Shown here piece after piece: positions 9,001-15,698 of a DNA stretch of 32,000 nt (position 1 is the first letter of the stretch; every line of letters begins with the position of its first letter). A model generated the notes under the pieces. The model was given only the letters and a program-made list of their open reading frames with translations. It was not told where the DNA came from and made no database searches. The DNA is from Opitutia bacterium KCR 482 (GTDB lineage Bacteria; Verrucomicrobiota; Verrucomicrobiia; Opitutales; Intestinicryptomonadaceae). The position numbers and the translations under genes were made by a program. Where the stretch lies: contig CP149973.1 in assembly GCA_029269845.2 (NCBI GenBank), forward strand, positions 2,040,001-2,072,000, given 5' to 3'.

Positions 9001-9242
9001 TTCTGTTGGAGCGCGGCGAGAGGCTTTCGGCGGAAAATCCGCTGCTGGTTCGCGCGGGGAAAATCAGAATCACGGTAGACTCGCCGCTCGACGGCTTCAA
9101 ACTCTACGCGGTAAACACGGCGGGAGAGCGGCTTTACGAAGTGCCGATTGCAAGGGTAGGGGGCAGGTCGATTTTGAACCTCTCTGTATCAAACCCAAAG
9201 GGGACTTCAATCGCTTACGAACTTATTAACGGCGCGTTATAG
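6033..9242 (+). CDS. secreted glycoside hydrolase-like protein (clan GH-A TIM-barrel signature) with a large uncharacterised N-terminal region
   Basis: There is a signal peptide (MKKFIFVAVVAAALCQSLWG). FYGANNVF...LGFNVARIHHYD, then CIRNESSH (candidate NE acid/base) and LIITEWNY (candidate nucleophile Glu), occur in the order expected for clan GH-A. Confidence 0.7.
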   Translation: MKKFIFVAVVAAALCQSLWGQKFGQFTMRPKGVIDFNSHYIQTESGNTYQQSELKSPQVSVSDGVYEISGDYVIKDQPPFKFSEKIAKTKNGIDFESTVSRDTGFTDDFALVLYMPTKLYKGKVWIDDSNELKDAQFIAKKIRVVGEKYTLEISGEFECEMRRYRGKSRRDWGVYDNIRISINYLKDSETSRSLKLKMRAVKNFVASADMGKTVAPLGLPMPDGTVHFASTQYNITNGVKGLVIPAGKSAAIGGSKKRAKYLEILNGFASLPKDADALGKVVVSYVDGSSASFDITKSNSGAIADGEEPKGATVAWRGEHNGGNAAMYTTEIPLAHKAVRSVKLVNSSGADWKIAAATYSATQFGVIPNGEYYVMQNDAYCPIENKRPAVKGSILDMSFALDAPAGKYGRVKVVNGSFAFEKRPDKPVRFYGANNVFKANAPSHEDAVRLADQYVALGFNVARIHHYDRLCTTTKNGDSAELDEAVMDRFDFLFNELKKRGVYMTIDFYTTRQLLPSEYDDIKYDGDNMKLVFSASDKGLENLRRFIRNFLTHVNKYTGLAYKDDPALFSACIRNESSHVGNRNFVVRTPFDYEAILPKYEKWLAQNKSKWEGRSERELWQIFQLDVYDQTHAKLLQTVRELAPDLLVSDQNHVGGFMTKAMSKTYDFASQNAYYGHPNYIETKYTLPQEIRSDPPIGNYGGDTVRALVAEIFGKPLIITEWNYMSPNPYCSQGAFLVGAYSALNDVGGLCYFAYSHGDGAISNNYNIGGFDFASNPILTLAHRAAIMMYLRGDVKPATVSFPIPLLTSFYRNGATKGSTGNVAEATYLGLVGRVGHVLADSVDGAKIPSDAAAVLMSEDAWKSAKFSAPAYDIFSKGKFLKSIAESGRLDKGKIDLENKTFRSSTGELFMDVGKLNWKAITPKTEAYALLEGQSLRGDFASVKSLTAQASVLISAYDNKPLRDSNRILILHLTDVMNSRQKFATPEKDVLLERGERLSAENPLLVRAGKIRITVDSPLDGFKLYAVNTAGERLYEVPIARVGGRSILNLSVSNPKGTSIAYELINGAL

Positions 9243-9640
9243 CACCGTTGATACGGTGTTTCCCCGCACTTGCGGACTGCTCGCGTACGTCAAGTACGCC
9301 ACGCACCCCGCAAGCGCGTGAAAGCCGCCGTCTGAACGGCACTCTAACGCGCCTAAAATTACAGTGCTAACGCACGAAGATTTTTAGAGTGCGCTGGGAG
9401 AAAAGTGGGGTAGGGGGTATGCAAAAAAACTGTGTTTGCGGATTTTCGCTTTTTCTTTATCCGCGCGTAGCGCGTCTATTTTTATTTCGTTTCTTCCGAA
9501 ACTAAAAGATTTTTTGATGCAAGTAATTGCCAACGGCAATACGGACTTATTCAGAAAAGGCGTGGTTATAGCCGCGCCGCGTAAACACAGAAAGGAGCGA
9601 AGCTCCGTAGGGAGGCGCACCTTGCGCCCGCGGCTCGCGC

Positions 9641-10594
9641 CTAGCAGAGGAGGTCTTCGAAGTCGGAGAAGTTGGCGGAGAGGCCGTTGGGGAGGCCTTT
9701 GCAGATGACGCCTACTGCGTCGTGCGAGTGGAGGCTTTCGAGGTGGATACAGGCTATTTCGAAGTCGGCAATGCGCTTGTCGGCGTCGAATTCCTGATAG
9801 AGCAGGCGGGTTGCGTCTTCGATAAATTTTGCGTACGCGCCGTTGAGCTCGGCAAAAGCCTGCTCGTCTTCGCGGCGGACGATGGTTTGCGTTTCGGTTT
9901 TGAGGGCTTCGAGACAGAGCGCGTGCATGTCCTCAATCGAAACGCTTGCGCCGTCGGCGATTTCCGCGAGTACACGCGCCTTGCTTCGCTGCGAGTGCGG
10001 CACGCAGTAGACGTTGCGGGTGCGGCGGGCATGCTCGCTAAGCTCGGCTGAGCAGGGGCACGCCGAGGAGTATATAAAATCGAACTGCACGTTTTTTTTG
10101 AACGCGCCGCGCTCGTCGATGAAGCCCTCGTAAGCGCATTTGTAGTACTGCCACGCGCGGTGCCCGCTTCTGAGGCTTTTTTGCAAAATGGGGTATTCGA
10201 ACGAAATTTTGATTCTCGCGCGGGAGGTTTCGAGCTGCTCCTTCATTTTTGCGAGGATTGTCCGCAGGGTGTCGGGCGTGAAGATTTCGTCGGTAAAGAG
10301 ATAGAATACGCGCATTATCCGCGACATGTTCACGCCTTTGCAGTCGGCGGCGAGCGAGACGGTTGCGGTTATCGACGCCTGAAGCTCGCGCGCGGAGCCG
10401 TCTTGCGTCTTGAATTTCAGCGGGAGCTTAAAGTTGTGGATTCCGACCTGCGCAATGGGCACGTTTGCGCCGCGGATAGCGTCTTTGGGGGCGTTTTGCA
10501 CGTCGGGCAGCGAGCTTCTGTAATTGCTGTCGGCGGAAAAATTTTCCTCGTAATTGGCTTCCGGCTGTGTGCGGTCTGTTTTGTCCTGATTCAT
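9641..10594 (-). CDS. folE2: GTP cyclohydrolase IB (FolE2/MptA family)
   Basis: Motifs LPDVQ, VGIHNFKLPL, KGVNMSRI, SSACPCSAE, PHSQRS and ESLHSHDA occur in FolE2 order. The length (317 aa) is typical. Confidence 0.88.
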   Translation of the reverse strand: MNQDKTDRTQPEANYEENFSADSNYRSSLPDVQNAPKDAIRGANVPIAQVGIHNFKLPLKFKTQDGSARELQASITATVSLAADCKGVNMSRIMRVFYLFTDEIFTPDTLRTILAKMKEQLETSRARIKISFEYPILQKSLRSGHRAWQYYKCAYEGFIDERGAFKKNVQFDFIYSSACPCSAELSEHARRTRNVYCVPHSQRSKARVLAEIADGASVSIEDMHALCLEALKTETQTIVRREDEQAFAELNGAYAKFIEDATRLLYQEFDADKRIADFEIACIHLESLHSHDAVGVICKGLPNGLSANFSDFEDLLC

Positions 10595-10641
10595 CTCAAT
10601 AAAACTTCAAGATAATCTACCGATTCGCAATTAAGGCAAGC

Positions 10642-12114
10642 TTATTTGTCCCCTTCTACTTTTTGAATGGTGGTCGCGGGGATATTCGTGGGAATGCTGC
10701 CCTCTCCCTCCTTGTAGATTTTTGTGATGTCGGAGAAAATCGCGACGACGTTCGCGACTTTGCCGGCGTCGTCGAGCGCGGGCTTGCACGATATTTCGTA
10801 GACGTTGCCGCCGATGAACGCGCGTTTCGACTCCGCCGATTTTTCGGATTTCGCCTTTTCGAAAAGCTCCGCGAAGCCGTCGGAGACGCCCGCGAGGTCG
10901 GCGAGATTTTCGGGGGCTTTGCCCGCGAGGGATTTTGCGGCGTCGTTGGAGGTTTCGACATTGCCGTCGGGGTCGAGGAGGATTACGGGGAAGTCGAGCG
11001 TTTGCAGGACGAGCCTTTTGCGCAATACGCTCTCTTTGAGCTTTTGGTACGAGTCCTTTCTGTCCTGCGCAATTTGTATGATTTTTGCGGCGTTGACTAC
11101 GGCGTTTTTGTCGAAGTCGGAAAACTTCCTGCGGTTTTTCAGGCATTCCGCCGAGAGGAAGCCGACCGGCTCGCCGTCGGAGACCGCGCCGAAAAACACC
11201 GCCGACTTCACGCCCTGCGCTTTGAGATACGGCAGGATTGCGTCAACCGACTCCTCCGTTTTCGGGTCGGCGGAGTCGTACACAATCGCGTTTTGCGATT
11301 TCAGCATCGCGCGGAATTTCGACGATTCCCCGATTTCGCATTCGATGCCCGCGCCGCCCGCAACTCTTGCGCATTCCGCCAAGTCGGACAGCCCGTTTTC
11401 GCCGAATTTGTAGGCGGCAACCCTGTCGGCTTGCAACCATTTCATGAGGTTTTCGAGCAGCCAGTTCGAGAAGTCGTCAAAGCCCTTGTTTTGGGCAATC
11501 ATTTGGAGGGCGATTCTGAAAATCTTTTCGTGCTCGTGAAGAATGTCGGCGCGGGTCTGGTTGGAGTGGCGGTCGGTGATGTCTACGCCCGTGAGCAGAA
11601 AAACCTGCTCGCCGAACACGTTTTCGGGGAGCGGGCGCACCTCCGCCTCGTATCTGCGTCCGTTTTCGACCGACGACTCGAACTCGAACTTCGCGGTTTT
11701 CGCGGCGGTCTCGGAGATTTCGCGGAAGGCGCGTTTGTAGAGCTTTTCGTCTTTCGCTCCGAATTCGCGCAGGCGTTTCGCGCCGTCGAACGCGGGGTTT
11801 GTGTAGTGCAGATAGAGGAATTCGCCGTCGGCTTTTGCAGCCGCGAAGTTGAAGGGCAGGGCGTCGAGAACGGATTCCAGACGCCTGCGCTCTGCGACGG
11901 CTTTTGCGAGCCTGCGTATGCACGCAAAACATACAACGCCCGCCGCGAGGGCAAGGGCGGCGAGCGCGGCGAAAGCGGTTGCGGCGGAAACCGAGCCTGC
12001 GGTTTCGGCGGCGTTCGCGCATGCGGCGGCGGAAACGAGAGCCGCGCAAAGAGACATTTTAGCAAATGGAGTAGCCATGATTTTGTAAAAAAGTCGCCTT
12101 TTATTTGCCTCCAT
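10642..12114 (-). CDS. membrane-anchored PAS-GAF-PAS sensor protein without a recognisable output domain
   Basis: There is an N-terminal signal/TM region. A PAS-like block runs LESVLDALPF...LLTGVDITDR. A GAF-like block runs FSNWLLENLMKWLQADRVAAYKF...GFLSAE. A second PAS-like block runs LQTLDFPVILLDPDGN...VAIFSDITK. I saw no HisKA, HATPase, GGDEF or HD motifs. The start is uncertain (ATG at 12114, 12078 or 12057). Confidence 0.72.
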   Translation of the reverse strand: MEANKRRLFYKIMATPFAKMSLCAALVSAAACANAAETAGSVSAATAFAALAALALAAGVVCFACIRRLAKAVAERRRLESVLDALPFNFAAAKADGEFLYLHYTNPAFDGAKRLREFGAKDEKLYKRAFREISETAAKTAKFEFESSVENGRRYEAEVRPLPENVFGEQVFLLTGVDITDRHSNQTRADILHEHEKIFRIALQMIAQNKGFDDFSNWLLENLMKWLQADRVAAYKFGENGLSDLAECARVAGGAGIECEIGESSKFRAMLKSQNAIVYDSADPKTEESVDAILPYLKAQGVKSAVFFGAVSDGEPVGFLSAECLKNRRKFSDFDKNAVVNAAKIIQIAQDRKDSYQKLKESVLRKRLVLQTLDFPVILLDPDGNVETSNDAAKSLAGKAPENLADLAGVSDGFAELFEKAKSEKSAESKRAFIGGNVYEISCKPALDDAGKVANVVAIFSDITKIYKEGEGSIPTNIPATTIQKVEGDK

Positions 12115-12287
12115 AAACGCGGGAAAGTCAAATGTTAAAAGCGCGCAAACGGCGCATTCCGCCGATTTTGCCCGCGCGGGGCGCGTCGGGCGCCGCTTGC
12201 GTAGATTATATGAATCAAAAATTTAGAAAATTTACTTGACGCGGATTTTTCGCGAAGCAATATGACGATTTTAAAAATTTACAAATC

Positions 12288-12569
12288 ATGCCGGAAACAG
12301 AAATGTCCAGAGTCCTTACCGTACAGAACAAGATGGGAATACACGCCCGTCCCGCCGCCATGATTGTGCGCATTTCCAATAAGTATGCGAATTGCGAAGT
12401 TTGGGTTGAAAAAGACGGCGAACAGGTCAACGGCAAAAGTATCATGAGCCTGATGATGCTCGCCGCGGGAAAAGGCTCGGAAGTCAAGTTCATCGCAAGC
12501 GGAGACGATGCCGACTCTATGCTCGACGAAATCGAGGCTCTTTTCAACCGCAAGTTCGACGAAGAATAA
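12288..12569 (+). CDS. ptsH: phosphocarrier protein HPr
   Basis: NKMGIHARPAAM is the His15 site and VNGKSIMSLMMLAAGKG is the Ser46 site. The protein is about 90 aa, and a terminator follows. Confidence 0.92.
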   Translation: MPETEMSRVLTVQNKMGIHARPAAMIVRISNKYANCEVWVEKDGEQVNGKSIMSLMMLAAGKGSEVKFIASGDDADSMLDEIEALFNRKFDEE

Positions 12570-12603
12570 TTTTTTCGGGGAACGGATATTTTTTGCGACA
12601 CTG

Positions 12604-12629
12604 CCCGCGTATTTCACGCGGGTTTTTTT
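12604..12629 (+). terminator. rho-independent terminator of ptsH
   Basis: CCCGCG (12604-12609) pairs with CGCGGG (12617-12622) around a 7-nt loop. T7 follows at 12623-12629. Confidence 0.8.
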
Positions 12630-12656
12630 GCGCTCCGACGCTTTGCCTGCAAAGAC

Positions 12657-12682
12657 AAAAAGCGCGGAGTGCCGCCCCGCGC
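12657..12682 (-). terminator. rho-independent terminator of the isomerase/epimerase gene
   Basis: On the minus strand, GCGCGG pairs with CCGCGC around a 9-nt loop and is followed by TTTTTGTCTTT. It lies 24 nt after the stop at 12706. Confidence 0.7.
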
Positions 12683-12705
12683 GTCTGCAAATTCCGCGTC
12701 GCCGT

Positions 12706-13530
12706 TTAGTTGTTTTCGAGCCATTCGGCATTGAACCTGACTATTTCGAAAGCGTTTTTCTGGTCGTCTCCCTGTTCGATTACGAAGTCTCCGTCGAAAC
12801 CTTGACGGTCAAGCTCGGCGAGAATGCCCTTCATGTCGAGCGCGCCCGTTCCGTAGTTTACGCCTGGGCTGTTGATGTCGCCGAAAGTTTTTTGGTCTTT
12901 GAGGTGGAGGGCGAAAATCTTGCCGTCGGCGGTTTTCAGCGCGGCAATCGGGTCTATGCCGGAGCGCGACCACGCGCCTGTTTCGGCGCAGAAGCCGATA
13001 TTTTTGTATTTGTCCACAATTTTGCGCACGGTTTCGGGGTTCCAGTACGGCGTGTTCGAGCCGCGCTGGTGGCAGTGGATTGCCATTTTAGCCCCGTATT
13101 TTCGGCAGTATTTTTCCCAGAGGTCGAGCATGTCTTCGCGCGATTCTCCGACGAAAAGCCTTACCCCGAATTCCCTGCCGAACTCCATGAGCTTTGCGAG
13201 CTGTTCCTCGTTTTTCGGCGGAATGTAGTAAATTGTGGTGATTGCCATGCCGTTGTCGGCGAGCAGTTTTTTTACGAACTCGCGCTGTTCGGGCGTGGAG
13301 TCGGGATTGAAAAGCGCGTTCCCGAATTTTTTCGAGATTTTCTGAATCGGCGTGCTTTCGATTCGCGTTATGCCGAGCTTCGCCAGCCCGACTATTGATT
13401 CTTCAAGCGTGTAGCCGTGCGTAGTGTACATTTGAACCGAGATTTTGCGCGGAGCGCGTTGCTGCTGCACGCACGCCGCCGCAAGCAAAGCCGCCATCGC
13501 TCCCAAGAGCATATATTTTAGAGTTTTCAT
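12706..13530 (-). CDS. sugar phosphate isomerase/epimerase (xylose isomerase-like TIM barrel), predicted lipoprotein
   Basis: There is a signal peptide with a lipobox (LLAAAC). AIHCHQ..., FCAETGAW, and ALHLKD...GTGALDMKGILAELDRQGFDGDFVIEQ are typical of the AP-endonuclease-2/xylose-isomerase-like fold. Confidence 0.82.
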   Translation of the reverse strand: MKTLKYMLLGAMAALLAAACVQQQRAPRKISVQMYTTHGYTLEESIVGLAKLGITRIESTPIQKISKKFGNALFNPDSTPEQREFVKKLLADNGMAITTIYYIPPKNEEQLAKLMEFGREFGVRLFVGESREDMLDLWEKYCRKYGAKMAIHCHQRGSNTPYWNPETVRKIVDKYKNIGFCAETGAWSRSGIDPIAALKTADGKIFALHLKDQKTFGDINSPGVNYGTGALDMKGILAELDRQGFDGDFVIEQGDDQKNAFEIVRFNAEWLENN

Positions 13531-13686
13531 ATGCCGAAACGATTATTTTTTCCGCCGTGGGCGGTCAACAAGAATCGCATTCCGAAAATGGGAAAACCGT
13601 TTATTTACAAGTTCCCGCCGCCTGCGTGCAATGCCGCGCACGTGCGATGCCGATTTCTGCGGGCGTAATTTCCCGCGTTCGGGCAC

Positions 13687-13719
13687 AAAAAAACCGCGCC
13701 CGATTGGGGCGCGGCTTTT
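13687..13719 (-). terminator. rho-independent terminator of rpsA (bidirectional architecture)
   Basis: CCGCGCCC pairs with GGGCGCGG around loop GATT, flanked by A7 on the plus strand and T4. On the minus strand a T-run follows the stem. It lies about 20 nt after the rpsA stop. Confidence 0.82.
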
Positions 13720-13738
13720 GCACAAAAGAATAATTGCG

Positions 13739-15400
13739 TTATTCTTTTGTGGCTTCGTCCAAGAGGTCGCCGAGAGAGGTGAGGTCTTGGTCTTTGCGGA
13801 TTTTTTCGAAAGCCGCAACTTCTTCCGCGAGCTTGTCGGCGTCGTACTGGGCGGCCTTGATGGACAGCCCGATGCGGCGTTCGTCGCGGTCGATTTTCAC
13901 GACGCGAGCGGTAACTTCGTCGCCCACTTTGAGGTGGTCTTTAATCTTGTCGACGTGTTCTTCGCTGATTTGGCTGATGTGAACCAGACCGTCGATGTCG
14001 TTTTGGAGTTCGACAAACGCGCCGTAGTTTGTGATTTTGCTGACCTTGCCCTTAACCAAGTCGCCGATTTTGAAGAGCGAATCGATTTCTTCCCACGGGT
14101 CGACGGAGAGCTGCTTGATGCCGAGCGAAATGCGCTGGTTTTCGGGATCGACGAGGAGCACGATGGCGTCGACTTCGTCGCCCTTTTTGAGCATTTCCGA
14201 GGGGTGGTTGATTTTGCGCGTCCAGCTCATGTCGGAGACGTGAACCATGCCGTCGATGCCTTCTTCGAGTTCGACGAACGCGCCGTAGGTTGTGAGGTTG
14301 CGAACCTTGCCGCGGACATGCGCGCCCACGGGGTAGTTGTGGACGGCCATTTCCCAGGGATTTTCTTCGAGCTGGCGCAGACCGAGCGAAATCTTCTGTT
14401 CGTCCTTTGCGATGCTGAGGACAACCGCTTCGACTTCGTCGCCGACTTTAAGCACTTCGGAGGGTTTCGTGATGCGCTTTGTCCACGAGAATTCCGTGAT
14501 GTGAACCAAGCCTTCCACGCCTTCTTCGAGCTCGATAAACGCGCCGTAGTTGACGAGGTTTACAACCTTGCCGCGGACGTGCGCGCCAACGGGGTACTTG
14601 CGTTCGATGTTTTCCCACGGGTTCGAAGTGGTCTGTTTGAGGCCGAGGGATACGCGTTCGCGTTCCTGGTCTACTTCGATAATCATGACCGAAACTTCTT
14701 CGCCGACTTTCACCATTTCCGAGGGGTGCGAGATTCTGCCCCAGCTCATGTCGGTGATGTGGAGGAGTCCGTCGAGACCGTCGAGGTCGATGAACGCTCC
14801 GTAGTCGGTAATGTTCTTTACGACGCCTCTGCGAATGTCGCCGGGCTTGACTTCGGAAAGGAGCTTGCGGCGTTTTTCGGCGCGCTGTTCTTCGATGAGT
14901 TCGCGGCGCGAAACGACGATGTTCTTGCGTTCGGCGTTGATTTTAACGACTTTGAAGTCGTAGGTCTGTCCGACGTACTGGTCCAAATTCTTCGGGGGCT
15001 GGACGTCGATTTGCGAAGCGGGCAGGAACGAGTCTACACCGATGCTGACGATGAGACCGCCCTTGACTTTCGCCTTGACGCGCCCGGGGAGGATTGCGCC
15101 TTCCTGACAGTTGGCGAGGATTTCCTCCCAGTTCTTCTTCTGCTGGGCTTTGTCGTAGGAGATTACGGGATTGCCTTCGCGGTCTTCGAGTTTTTCCAAC
15201 AAAACTTCGATTTCCTGACCGACCTGAACGTCGTTGATGTCGATAAATTCGCTTACCGATACGACGCCTTCGCTTTTGCCGCCGATGTCGACTACGACTT
15301 CGTTCTGGCGGATTTCGATGATTTTGCCCTTGATGATAGAGCCTTGTTTGAGTTCGGCAAAACTGCTGTTGGCCAGCAATTCTTCCATTACGTTGTTCAT
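13739..15400 (-). CDS. rpsA: 30S ribosomal protein S1
   Basis: The 553-aa protein has six tandem S1 (OB-fold) repeats, with recurring GxV..It.yGAFv.L...dGLlHiS motifs. Confidence 0.96.
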   Translation of the reverse strand: MNNVMEELLANSSFAELKQGSIIKGKIIEIRQNEVVVDIGGKSEGVVSVSEFIDINDVQVGQEIEVLLEKLEDREGNPVISYDKAQQKKNWEEILANCQEGAILPGRVKAKVKGGLIVSIGVDSFLPASQIDVQPPKNLDQYVGQTYDFKVVKINAERKNIVVSRRELIEEQRAEKRRKLLSEVKPGDIRRGVVKNITDYGAFIDLDGLDGLLHITDMSWGRISHPSEMVKVGEEVSVMIIEVDQERERVSLGLKQTTSNPWENIERKYPVGAHVRGKVVNLVNYGAFIELEEGVEGLVHITEFSWTKRITKPSEVLKVGDEVEAVVLSIAKDEQKISLGLRQLEENPWEMAVHNYPVGAHVRGKVRNLTTYGAFVELEEGIDGMVHVSDMSWTRKINHPSEMLKKGDEVDAIVLLVDPENQRISLGIKQLSVDPWEEIDSLFKIGDLVKGKVSKITNYGAFVELQNDIDGLVHISQISEEHVDKIKDHLKVGDEVTARVVKIDRDERRIGLSIKAAQYDADKLAEEVAAFEKIRKDQDLTSLGDLLDEATKE

Positions 15401-15698
15401 TGTTTTCCTTGGGTCGTTTCCTTGCGGAAACGGGTTGATTGTTATTGATTTAGTCGGCGACAGCGCGACCGTCGCGCCGCTCCAATCTAAAATAAAGTAT
15501 CCGACTTTATCTTATTGCCCCTCCCGCGCAAGTTTTTTTTGCAACTTTATTAGCCCCGCGTCCGCCGCATTCATCGACGGGCGGGCGGTTTCGAAAATGG
15601 GCGGAAAAGTCAAAATAGTGCAGCAAAATACGGCTTCGGCGTCGGCGCGGCGGGTGTTTGCCCTTGACGCGTTCCGCCACGATTTCAATCATTGCCCC

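Noticed and set aside
9384-9708. ORFs 9384-9620(-) and 9436-9708(+) in the long intergenic region.
   Set aside because: The composition is poor (Arg/Ser-rich, low complexity) and they have no motifs. The plus-strand ORF runs into folE2 antisense. The region is better described as structured non-coding DNA.
10663-12138. 491-aa plus-strand ORF antisense to the PAS-GAF-PAS gene.
   Set aside because: It is Arg/Gly/Val/Phe-rich with no recognisable motifs. It exactly mirrors a well-supported minus-strand gene, which is the typical GC-rich shadow ORF.
12236-12270. Putative ptsH promoter (TTGACG with a downstream AATATG).
   Set aside because: The -10 candidate matches the consensus poorly, so it is not listed as a feature. 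It is mentioned only as context in the HPr finding.
13445-15448. 667-aa plus-strand ORF overlapping rpsA.
   Set aside because: rpsA on the minus strand is unambiguous (six S1 repeats). The plus-strand translation is repetitive D/F/V/A-rich nonsense that mirrors the S1 repeats.
15234-15698. A 155-codon N-terminal extension of the 15234-18416 ORF.
   Set aside because: It overlaps the rpsA 5' end and its leader and has an odd composition. The ATG at 15699 gives a clean signal peptide.
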